Assembly: GCA_043803805.1 (NCBI GenBank) | Contig: JAZDJP010000084.1 | Location: 121,462-185,461, forward strand | DNA: 64,000 nt | Direction: 5' to 3' | Source: Planctomycetota bacterium | Lineage (GTDB): Bacteria; Planctomycetota; JAZDJP01 | Part shown: positions 54,460-62,123 of the stretch, in pieces | How the letters are laid out: each line of letters begins with the position of its first letter | Position numbering within the stretch: the stretch's first letter is position 1 | Position numbers and translations under genes: made by a program | The notes under the pieces: generated by a model | The model's input: only the letters and a program-made list of their open reading frames with translations | Databases searched by the model: none | What the model was told of the DNA's origin: nothing

Positions 54460-55112
54460 TGCTCGAACTCGCGGGGGTGAGCCGGACATGGCGGGGACCG
54501 GCCGGACGCGTGGCTGCGGTCCGGGAGGCGTCATTTCATCTTTTTCCCGGCGAATTTGTGGCCGTCCGGGGGGCGAGCGGGTGCGGGAAGACCACGCTCC
54601 TGCTGACGGCGGGGGGGTTGCTCGCCCCGGATGCGGGGCGGGTCGTGGTGAACGGTCAGGATCTGTATGCCCTGTCGGCCGGGGCGCGGGCGGCCTTCCG
54701 GGCCCGGACGATCGGATTCGTCTTCCAGCAATTCCATCTGATTCCGTATCTTACGGTATTTGAAAACGTTCTCGCGCCGTCCCTCGCGGGGGAGATCCCG
54801 GACGCCCGGCGGCGGGCGGAGGAACTGATCGGGAGATTCGGTCTTTCCGAACGTCGCGGTCACCGCCCCGGTGAACTTTCCGTGGGCGAATGTCAGAGGA
54901 CCGCCCTGGCCCGGGCGCTTCTTTCCGGACCGAAACTTCTTCTTGCCGATGAGCCGACGGGGAATCTTGACGAGGTGAACGCGCGAGCGGTGCTGGATGC
55001 CCTCGCGGACTTCGCGAAGGGGGGCGGGGCGGCGCTTCTCGTCACCCACGACGCGCGCGCCGCCGGACATGCCTCCCGCACGTTCGGAATGCGGGAAGGC
55101 CGGATGGAATGA
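54459..55112 (+). CDS. ABC transporter ATP-binding protein (MacB/LolD-like)
   Basis: Walker A GASGCGKTTLL, signature LSVGECQRTALARAL, Walker B LLLADEPTGNLD. ATG overlaps the upstream stop. Confidence 0.75.
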   Translation: MLELAGVSRTWRGPAGRVAAVREASFHLFPGEFVAVRGASGCGKTTLLLTAGGLLAPDAGRVVVNGQDLYALSAGARAAFRARTIGFVFQQFHLIPYLTVFENVLAPSLAGEIPDARRRAEELIGRFGLSERRGHRPGELSVGECQRTALARALLSGPKLLLADEPTGNLDEVNARAVLDALADFAKGGGAALLVTHDARAAGHASRTFGMREGRME

Positions 55113-55142
55113 ACAGGTTGCGGATGGCGATGGATTGAGGAG

Positions 55143-55349
55143 ATGGACATGACCCCGTGGATTTCCGAGTCGAAGAAGGATGGGTTGGCGCCGAGACCCG
55201 GACTGACGATCCCGGCCCCGTGTTCGCACGACGATATTGCCCGGCTTGCCTACCTTCTCTGGGAGAAGGAGGGCCGCCCGAAAGGCACGGATCTGCATTA
55301 CTGGTTGAAGGCGGAGAGGATCCTGAAAGAGAAACGGGTGGTGATCTGA
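55143..55349 (+). CDS. DUF2934-family small protein
   Basis: SHDDIARLAYLLWEKEGRPKGTDLHYWLKAERIL matches the DUF2934 signature. 68 aa. Confidence 0.55.
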   Translation: MDMTPWISESKKDGLAPRPGLTIPAPCSHDDIARLAYLLWEKEGRPKGTDLHYWLKAERILKEKRVVI

Positions 55350-55399
55350 CCGGCGGGCGCGGCGCTACGGCGGCGCACGAAGCCGCCGGGAGAGAAAAG

Positions 55400-55470
55400 T
55401 TGCCCCGCTAGGATTCGAACCTAGACCACCTGGTTCAGAGCCAGGTATCCTACCATTAGACGACAGGGCA
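55400..55470 (-). tRNA. tRNA-Gln (anticodon CTG)
   Basis: Reverse complement reads TGCCCTGTCGTCTAATGGTAGGATACCTGGCTCTGAACCAGGTGGTCTAGGTTCGAATCCTAGCGGGGCAA. 7-bp acceptor with one G-U pair, anticodon loop CTCTGAA, T-arm GGTTCGAAT. Confidence 0.75.
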
Positions 55471-55556
55471 ATTACATGATGCACATAATAACCAAAAACC
55501 GGGGGTGTGCAACCCGGTATCAGGCCGACTGACGGTAAAATTTTCCGGAGGGCATC

Positions 55557-57725
55557 ATGAGGCGCATCCGCGGTATGATTCTGGTTGGAATGGCGGGGCT
55601 GGTCCTGGCGGCGGCGCCGGTCCGGGCGGAGGAGGATCCTTATCTCACCTACGTTCGGAATGCCCCGGAATTCAAGCCGGTGCGGCAGGACCCGGCCGGT
55701 TGGACCACCCGGTGGGACACCTGGATCTACATGCCGTGGCGATATCAGTGGGCCATCGGGGAGGGCGACGAAGGCGGACAGTTCTGCCGGGATTATGGTT
55801 TTATCGGCGGCTTCACGGACCATGGCGACACCGGCGTTCTTCCCTGGCTCGATAAGTGGGGTTTGAAATTCTACAACGACCATACCGCAAGCAAGGGGTG
55901 GCTTTACCTGGATCCGAAGGGCGACTTCAAGAGTTACATGCGGGAGCCCCGTGCCGTCCGGGAGGGGGGCAAGGGGCCGGCGCCGCTCAACGGGGAATTG
56001 CTTGAAAGACTGAAGAAGTTTGTGACCGACCGGGTGAACGGCCTCACGAAGAGCCCGATGCGCATCGCCTATGCCCTCGACGACGAGATTTCGGTGGGAT
56101 CGTTTCGGAAACCCATCGCCTGGCGGGTGAACGATGATGACAACGCCTATGAGACGTGGCTGGCGGGATATTACGGGAAGAATCCTCCGAAGGCCCGGTA
56201 TGTTTCGCCGGATTTTGTTCTGGATCAGCACGATCGGGCCCTCAAGGATCTCGACTTCTCGCCGCTTCTCGACCGGATCACCTACAACGATTCCGTCTGG
56301 GCGAATTTTCTCGGGTCTCTCGTGGAATGCGCCAACACCGCGGACCCCGACACCCCGTGCGGTTTCGTGGGGTCGCAGTCGCCCAATATGTGGGGCGGAT
56401 TCGACTACGCCAAGTTGACCAAAAAAATACAATTCGTCGAGGCCTACCTGGGCACGGCCCAGTCCATCATCCGATCGCTCGGGCCGGTCATTCCGCAGGT
56501 CACCACTCATTTTCATAACGACACGCTGGGCACGCCGAACGACATCTGGCAGACCTGGTGGTGTCTGGCCCACGGCAACCGCGGCATGATCGGGTGGGTG
56601 GAGGGATGGTTTGACGGGAAGACCCCCCGGAAGTGGCTGGCGGAATTCCGGGACACGAACCGGGAGGTCTCGTCCGTCCAGGGATTGAAAGTCGCCGGGG
56701 CGAAGTGGATCCACGACGGCGTTGCGTTGTATTACTCCCAGCCCTCGATTCAGGTCTCCTGGTGTCTGGATATCGAACCGCATGGAAAAACCTGGACGAA
56801 TCGGAACGCGGACGGCGAACATGGCACCTGGCATCTCACGCGCAAGGCCTGGGAGCTGTTGTTGGCGGATTCCGGGGTTCAATACAACTGGGTGGCCTAC
56901 GACGAGGTCGTGGTGAACGGCGTGCCGAAGGAATACAAGGCGCTCATTTTGCCCGCGTGCTACGCGCTTTCGGACATCGAGGCGAAGCGGATACGCGAGT
57001 TCTGCGAGGGGGGCGGGACGGTCGTGGCCGACTTCGCCTGCGGGATTTTCGACCAGCACGGAAAGGGGCGCTCGCGCGGGGCCCTGGATGATTTGTTCGG
57101 CGTCACGCACGACGGGAGTGAAACGAAAAAGAATTTCTTCGACGGCAAACTTTGGGTGGAGACCGATCAGGACGCGGGATTCGGGTATGCGTCGTTCCGC
57201 AGGTTGTTTGACACCCTTTCGCCGAAACTCGAGGGCGGTTTCGCCGTCGCGGAGAAGAATCTCCCCGTGAAACGCGCAAGGAAGGTCGGGAAGGGGATGG
57301 CGGTCCATCTCAATCTCTCGCCCCAGCGGTATCACATGTATCGGGAGGAGGGGAAGACGGAGGACGCCCAGCGCGCCGTGTTCATGGGGCCGGTCCTCGC
57401 CGCCGGCGTAACGCCCTGGGTCCGGGTGACCTCCGGTGGGAGGCGTCCGGCCGACATCGAGGCCACATATTTTACGAAAAATGGACGGACGTGGGTGTTC
57501 GTTGTCCAGAACGCCCGCGTGACCTCCACCTCTCTTGGGGACACGAAGACCCACGGGTTGGGGGGAGGAAAGATACCGGTCGAGGTGGAACTCACGGCCC
57601 CGGTCAGGGACGTGGTGGACGAGCGCGCCGGCAAAAAACTCGGAGACGGGGCGAAATTCGCGTTCGAGTTCAACGCGTCCGAGGCGGTGTTCTTCAGTTT
57701 TGCGGGGGCCCCGCCGGGGAAGTAG
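55557..57725 (+). CDS. Secreted glycoside-hydrolase-like protein with a GH42-type trimerisation (class-I glutamine-amidotransferase-like) domain
   Basis: Signal peptide MRRIRGMILVGMAGLVLAAAPVRA. The segment YKALILPACYALSDIEAKRIREFCEGGGTVVADFACGIFDQHGK resembles the beta-galactosidase trimerisation domain. 722 aa. Confidence 0.4.
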   Translation: MRRIRGMILVGMAGLVLAAAPVRAEEDPYLTYVRNAPEFKPVRQDPAGWTTRWDTWIYMPWRYQWAIGEGDEGGQFCRDYGFIGGFTDHGDTGVLPWLDKWGLKFYNDHTASKGWLYLDPKGDFKSYMREPRAVREGGKGPAPLNGELLERLKKFVTDRVNGLTKSPMRIAYALDDEISVGSFRKPIAWRVNDDDNAYETWLAGYYGKNPPKARYVSPDFVLDQHDRALKDLDFSPLLDRITYNDSVWANFLGSLVECANTADPDTPCGFVGSQSPNMWGGFDYAKLTKKIQFVEAYLGTAQSIIRSLGPVIPQVTTHFHNDTLGTPNDIWQTWWCLAHGNRGMIGWVEGWFDGKTPRKWLAEFRDTNREVSSVQGLKVAGAKWIHDGVALYYSQPSIQVSWCLDIEPHGKTWTNRNADGEHGTWHLTRKAWELLLADSGVQYNWVAYDEVVVNGVPKEYKALILPACYALSDIEAKRIREFCEGGGTVVADFACGIFDQHGKGRSRGALDDLFGVTHDGSETKKNFFDGKLWVETDQDAGFGYASFRRLFDTLSPKLEGGFAVAEKNLPVKRARKVGKGMAVHLNLSPQRYHMYREEGKTEDAQRAVFMGPVLAAGVTPWVRVTSGGRRPADIEATYFTKNGRTWVFVVQNARVTSTSLGDTKTHGLGGGKIPVEVELTAPVRDVVDERAGKKLGDGAKFAFEFNASEAVFFSFAGAPPGK

Positions 57726-57860
57726 ACTCTTGGTTGCGAAATCTTGTGAGAAACGGCAAGGAAATATCCGTTTGCGAAGTGATAAAACCGCTCATCGAGC
57801 GGCATTGAGGGTTCGACCTGTTTGATTCCGGCTCTGCCGGGTTGGGATCGGGCCGGGGAA

Positions 57861-59762
57861 TCACGCGGTGGACCGCCGCATTTCCTCCTGACGGTGGCGG
57901 AGTTCCGTGAGGAGGGACTGGGCGCGTCGGGTCCACCAGCTTTGTTCCGCGATGGAAAGGAAGGCCTGAAGGGCTCCCACGGATCGTTCGAGGCGCGCCG
58001 CCGCCCCGAAATCCAGATGGGATTCATCGGGCGGCAGGCGGCAGGCGGCGGCGATCCCCCAGCAGGCCGCGACGTGGCGCGAGTCGAGTTTTCGCGCGCG
58101 GTCGAAGCAGGCCAGGGCCTTTGGGAAGTCGTCCTTCATCCACAGCAGGCATCCGAGCCGGTGGTAATCCTCGGCGCCGGCCTCGCGGCCGTTGCATCGG
58201 GCGCGGAACTCCTCCAGAATCTCGGCCCGGCGCGCAAGCGAGATTCCCCGGAGCTCCCGGGGAATCATGGGGCCGCGGGTGGAGGGGGCGATTTTGGCCT
58301 CGAACCACGTCCGGATTTCCCCCGGAAGCACCGGCTGCCCCGCGGCCTCGCGCGTGGCCCAGGTGGTGTAGGCCCGGACGAATGTCCGGATCTGGGCCTG
58401 AACCGACCGGGCCATCCCTCCGAGCCGGCCCCAAGGGATGTCATCCGTAAAACTCCGCCAGATCTGGCCTTCGTTCAGGGATTTGTCCACGTCGCGGCGA
58501 TAGAGGGCCAGCGCGTACGCCGAGGCCTCGAGAAGGCTCTTGGGGCTGGTCCGCGGGATGATGAGGACATTCGAGCGGAAATCGTAGGAGCCGTTGCCGA
58601 TGCCCGGGGTGATGACGACCGCCGGCCGGCCGTCGCGTTCCACCTTCCGGTTGGCGAAGAGGCCGGGATCGAAGTCCTCGACACGGCGGATGGCCTCGAT
58701 CACGGCGGCGGCGGAGTTGAGATCCCGGTTCTGGAGGAGGGCGGGGCTCGCGGTGGTCCGTCCCCAGCGGCTGCACAGGGTGATGTCCTCGCGGATCTCG
58801 GCCAGGCGCATCTCCAGTTCAGCCCGGCGGCGGGGAAGCAGTGCAACCGCGGTCGCCTGAAGTTCCGTCAGGGCGACGTTGGTGTCCTCGAGCTTCCGAT
58901 GATGTTGGACGGCGGCAAGTTTGAGTTTGTAGATGCGGTCGTTCAGGGCCTCCAGGGGCCGGCCGGACGGCCCGATGTGGTGGAGGATCTGGCGCCGTTT
59001 CTCCCGGGCGTCGTGGAGGGCCGAGAGGAGCCAGGCGTATTCGCGCATCTGCTCGCCGGGGAGCCCGCCGCTCTTCTTCGTCACCTCCATGTTCGCCAGG
59101 GTTACCACGGACCCGTCGATGAACCGGTCGAGCTCGGTCAGTTTTCCGCGTTCAAAGGGCGGGAGCGCCCCTTCGGCGTTGAAGCGTTGGGTGATGCCGG
59201 TGGACACCTCATGGGCGAGAGTTTCCAGGAGCTGGCGAAGTTCGGCCACCTCCTCGGCGAGCTTCCGGCGTTGGGGCAGGAGGAGGAGGTTGGCGTCGGC
59301 CACCGCGAGGTGCTGGCGGAGGCCGCGCGTCGTGTAGACGGGGTCGCGAAACTCCCCTTCCGATATCAATTTTTCCGGGGGGAAAAGGCGCGGGTCCACC
59401 CAGCCGAAGTCGAAGAGTTTTTCATCGTCGGGTCCGAACACGAGTTCGTCCGGGGGGCTTGAGGACACGACGTCGTTCAGACGCGCCAGAAGCCGCCGCC
59501 AGTACTCGTTATTGATCCGTTCCCGGCAGGCGCGTTCGGCGTTGGCGTAATCATCGTCCCGCAGTTCCTCCGGGACGGCCCGGAGTTCCAGGTATTCATC
59601 CAGGAGTTCATCGAGTGGTTCGGGCTCGGCGGAATCGGATTCCGGAGGGGTCTCATCGGCGGGGGAATCCGCTTCCAGAGGCGATTCCTCCGGAGGCGGG
59701 GCGGATGCCGGAACCGGATCCATGGGACGCTCGTCGGACGTGTTGAATTTGTCGGTAGTCAT
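57861..59762 (-). CDS. Hypothetical protein with an acidic, Pro/Glu-rich N-terminus
   Basis: 633-aa ORF with normal (non-shadow) amino-acid composition. No recognisable catalytic motif. Confidence 0.45.
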   Translation of the reverse strand: MTTDKFNTSDERPMDPVPASAPPPEESPLEADSPADETPPESDSAEPEPLDELLDEYLELRAVPEELRDDDYANAERACRERINNEYWRRLLARLNDVVSSSPPDELVFGPDDEKLFDFGWVDPRLFPPEKLISEGEFRDPVYTTRGLRQHLAVADANLLLLPQRRKLAEEVAELRQLLETLAHEVSTGITQRFNAEGALPPFERGKLTELDRFIDGSVVTLANMEVTKKSGGLPGEQMREYAWLLSALHDAREKRRQILHHIGPSGRPLEALNDRIYKLKLAAVQHHRKLEDTNVALTELQATAVALLPRRRAELEMRLAEIREDITLCSRWGRTTASPALLQNRDLNSAAAVIEAIRRVEDFDPGLFANRKVERDGRPAVVITPGIGNGSYDFRSNVLIIPRTSPKSLLEASAYALALYRRDVDKSLNEGQIWRSFTDDIPWGRLGGMARSVQAQIRTFVRAYTTWATREAAGQPVLPGEIRTWFEAKIAPSTRGPMIPRELRGISLARRAEILEEFRARCNGREAGAEDYHRLGCLLWMKDDFPKALACFDRARKLDSRHVAACWGIAAACRLPPDESHLDFGAAARLERSVGALQAFLSIAEQSWWTRRAQSLLTELRHRQEEMRRSTA

Positions 59763-59942
59763 CGGGGCGGCCGCCTTGATTATACCTCATCGCCCGTGCC
59801 ATGCCAAGAAAGTGATATGCAGTTCAGGGATTTTCGACCCCGGCGCGGCCGTCGGCGCGGTTGGGGACGGCACAATAATCCGGGGGGATGTCTTACACCC
59901 GAAACATATCCCAGCGGACAAGTAAGAAATCATGTCGTCGCA

Positions 59943-60473
59943 ATGAGTGTGGTATGGTTAATAACGGGATTGGCGTGTGGGATGACCATTGTCGTTTCAG
60001 GGATTAATTCGTCGCCACGTAAAGTGTTTGAACGGTTGGTAAGCGAATTAGCGGTCAAGAATGTTGTGGTTGAGGAAGTGTACGGGATGAAAACCATCAG
60101 ATGGGCCGAGTGGTACTTACGGTTTAAAAGTGATGACGGAGATTCGTTGAAGAAGATGCAAGAGCATGGGTATGTTGAATGGGGTTATCCCGATTACGTC
60201 AAAGCGATGAGACAATCTAGAATGTTGGGGAAGAAGTTACTCTCGGAAGGTGCTTGTAGTCAGATATATGCAAAAGCGTTCGGATACGATGGAAAATTTA
60301 TTGTGAGAGGCGTGAACGGTGAATTGATGTTCTACAACATATACGGTTCCCTGAATGAGTTGCCGATACCGGAGGGAAAGCCTATCCCGCCTTGCGGGCC
60401 GAGCGGAACGGACGGTGCCATCACAACAACACCCGCCTCCCGTGACAACGCTCCCGCAGGGGAGGGGAAGTGA
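59943..60473 (+). CDS. Small membrane-anchored hypothetical protein (low G+C)
   Basis: MSVVWLITGLACGMTIVVSGINSS signal anchor. 176 aa. Base composition is clearly AT-richer than the surroundings. Confidence 0.45.
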   Translation: MSVVWLITGLACGMTIVVSGINSSPRKVFERLVSELAVKNVVVEEVYGMKTIRWAEWYLRFKSDDGDSLKKMQEHGYVEWGYPDYVKAMRQSRMLGKKLLSEGACSQIYAKAFGYDGKFIVRGVNGELMFYNIYGSLNELPIPEGKPIPPCGPSGTDGAITTTPASRDNAPAGEGK

Positions 60474-60507
60474 GGGTGGGGTTGGTTGTCGGTTGCTTCA
60501 GCGATTC

Positions 60508-60532
60508 TCCGCCTTCAAACGTCGTTTGAACG
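60508..60532. repeat. Palindromic element copy 1 (tCCGCCTTCAAACG-T-CGTTTGAACGC)
   Basis: A perfect 8-bp inverted repeat TTCAAACG/CGTTTGAA around a single central base, with conserved GC-rich flanks. It is 35 bp downstream of the small membrane-protein gene. Confidence 0.6.
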
Positions 60533-60616
60533 CCGCTCCCCGGAATCCGGGGACCATGCTTACGAGATTTCCGTAAAATCGCGGACTGACCGCCATTTCC
60601 CGTCGCCGTGGACACA

Positions 60617-60643
60617 TCCCGCCTTCAAACGACGTTTGAACGC
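60617..60643. repeat. Palindromic element copy 2 (TCCCGCCTTCAAACG-A-CGTTTGAACGC)
   Basis: The same element 84 bp after copy 1. Its right arm continues straight into the recombinase-remnant reading frame. Confidence 0.6.
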
Positions 60644-60832
60644 ACACATATCTTCCGCCACACCTGCGCCACGCTGATGCTCGAAAACGGGGCGGATGTC
60701 CGTTTCGTGCAGGCGCAACTGGGCCATGAGAAACTGGACACGACCATGCTCTACACCCATGTGGCGATTAATATGCTCAAGGAAGTCCACCGCAGGACGC
60801 ATCCGGCGGGGAGGGAGGAGGGGAAGACGTGA
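60620..60832 (+). pseudogene. 3' remnant of a tyrosine recombinase (XerC/XerD/phage-integrase family) gene
   Basis: Translates ...[44 protein letters not shown]..., i.e. the HxxRH...LLGH...Y catalytic C-terminal box only. There is no upstream core or N-terminal domain. Confidence 0.6.
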
Positions 60833-60875
60833 GGGGCTGGACCTGCTTCAAAATCGTGGCAGGGGTATGCGGGAA

Positions 60876-60884
60876 TGCTATAAT
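60876..60884 (+). promoter_or_regulatory. Extended -10 promoter element (TGcTATAAT)
   Basis: tgctataat lies 8 bp upstream of the ATG at 60892. Confidence 0.3.
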
Positions 60885-60891
60885 ACAGCCA

Positions 60892-61368
60892 ATGAAGAAA
60901 CTGAAACTCTACGTCGAGACGAGCGTGTGGAGCCACCTGCTGGCGGAGGATGCGCCGGAGTCGCGGGCGGCGACGGAGGCGTTCTTCCGGGAAATCGGAC
61001 AATATGAGATTTACATTTCACAGCTGGTGAAGATTGAAATCGGGAATACGCGGGATGCTCGGAAGCGGGAGGCCTTGAGTCAACTGGTTCAGCAATATGG
61101 ACCCGTTGAAATCGAATTGACGGACGAGGCTGCCGCATTGGCGCGAAGGTATTTGGATGAGGGGGTTGTTGCGAGAAGCGCGAAGGACGATGCGTTGCAT
61201 GTGGCAACGGCGACGGTCGAGGAACTGGATGTGATTGTGAGCCTGAACATGCGCCATATCGTGTCGCTCAAAACACGCAGGGGCATTAACGCGGTCAATG
61301 CGCTGGCGGGATATCGTCCTATTGAAATCGCAACGCCGCAGGAGGTGGCGATTCATGGAGAAGATTAA
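60892..61368 (+). CDS. PIN-like domain protein; candidate toxin of a TA pair
   Basis: MKKLKLYVETSVWSHLL...EIYISQLVKIEI...AKDDALHVATATVEELDVIVSLN has the spacing of the PIN acidic residues, with Glu in place of the first Asp. 158 aa. Confidence 0.4.
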   Translation: MKKLKLYVETSVWSHLLAEDAPESRAATEAFFREIGQYEIYISQLVKIEIGNTRDARKREALSQLVQQYGPVEIELTDEAAALARRYLDEGVVARSAKDDALHVATATVEELDVIVSLNMRHIVSLKTRRGINAVNALAGYRPIEIATPQEVAIHGED

Positions 61369-61534
61369 GGAATCGAAGGTCATGGTGGAGTTGGAGGAGA
61401 TGCGGGCGCGGCATGCGAAAGAACTGGAAGGTCTCACGGATGCCGAATGCGTGGCGCGGTACAAGCAGGAAGCAGAGGCGGCGCAGCGTGTTCTGAAATG
61501 GAACCTTCCCGTTTTGGCCCGGTCGCGTCGGTAG
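61355..61534 (+). CDS. Small helical protein overlapping the PIN-like gene end; candidate antitoxin or partner
   Basis: MEKIKESKVMVELEEMRARHAKELEGLTDAECVARYKQEAEAAQRVLKWNLPVLARSRR, 59 aa. It overlaps the PIN-like gene stop by 14 bp. Confidence 0.3.
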   Translation: MEKIKESKVMVELEEMRARHAKELEGLTDAECVARYKQEAEAAQRVLKWNLPVLARSRR

Positions 61535-61546
61535 AATGTTGCGATT

Positions 61547-62005
61547 GTGGCGAGGGAAGCAGTAAGGCCGGGGAAAATCCTCATGCTCGTCGGAATCGCC
61601 TCCGGGAAAAATTCGATGCGCGCCCGGAAAATCGCCTCTGGGAAAATTTTCGCGGTCCTTGTCGGATTTCTCGGTGTTGTTTCGATGCAACCTCAAGCGT
61701 TGCCTCAGGAAAATGTGTATACGATTACGATTTCGGCGTCAGGCCGTTTAATCTATCCCGATTCCGGCGTGGTGGCGTACACGTACGATTTGGATGGGAA
61801 ATTGGAGACTCGGACGGACCAGAAGGGCCAGGTCACGACGTATTCATATAATAATCGCGACCTCCTCACCACCAAAGTCTACGACGACGGCGGCGCGAAC
61901 GAGGGGACGCAGACGTTTACGCATGATTCCTTGCGGAGGATGACGGGGAACACCGACGATAACAGCGGCAATAAAGATGTCACGGCCTCCTTCATGCGGC
62001 ACTAG
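61547..62005 (+). pseudogene. Orphan N-terminal fragment of a YD/Rhs-repeat protein
   Basis: Signal-like KIFAVLVGFLGVVSMQPQA followed by YTYDLDGKLETRTDQKGQVTTYSYNNRDLLTTKVYDDGG YD repeats, then a stop after about 150 aa. Confidence 0.45.
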
Positions 62006-62123
62006 GGGACGTACATGAAATTATGACAATCTCTGATTGAAGGACACGGTGGCTGAGACAATGTGTGCTGATGTCGCCGCGGCCGCGCGGGGTTTTCCCC
62101 GACATCCGAGGCATCCGTTTTGT

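Noticed and set aside
50953-54534. Minus-strand ORFs 50953..51990 and 52282..54534 opposite modC and the FtsX/ABC genes
   Set aside because: Shadow ORFs. The plus strand carries Walker A/B and ABC signature motifs.
55365-57554. 729-aa minus-strand ORF opposite the GH42-like gene, also covering the tRNA-Gln region
   Set aside because: Shadow ORF. It would overlap a well-formed tRNA gene.
57822-59462. 546-aa plus-strand ORF opposite the 633-aa hypothetical gene
   Set aside because: The translation is dominated by G/A/R/P runs. The minus-strand frame has ordinary composition, so it was kept instead, although its function is unknown.
60508-60643. Interpreting the 27-bp palindromes as dif/XerCD core sites or integron attC sites
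   Set aside because: The arms are separated by a single base rather than the 6-8-bp crossover spacer of tyrosine-recombinase core sites, and the attC R/L box consensus is not evident. They are kept only as candidate recombination or terminator-like palindromes.
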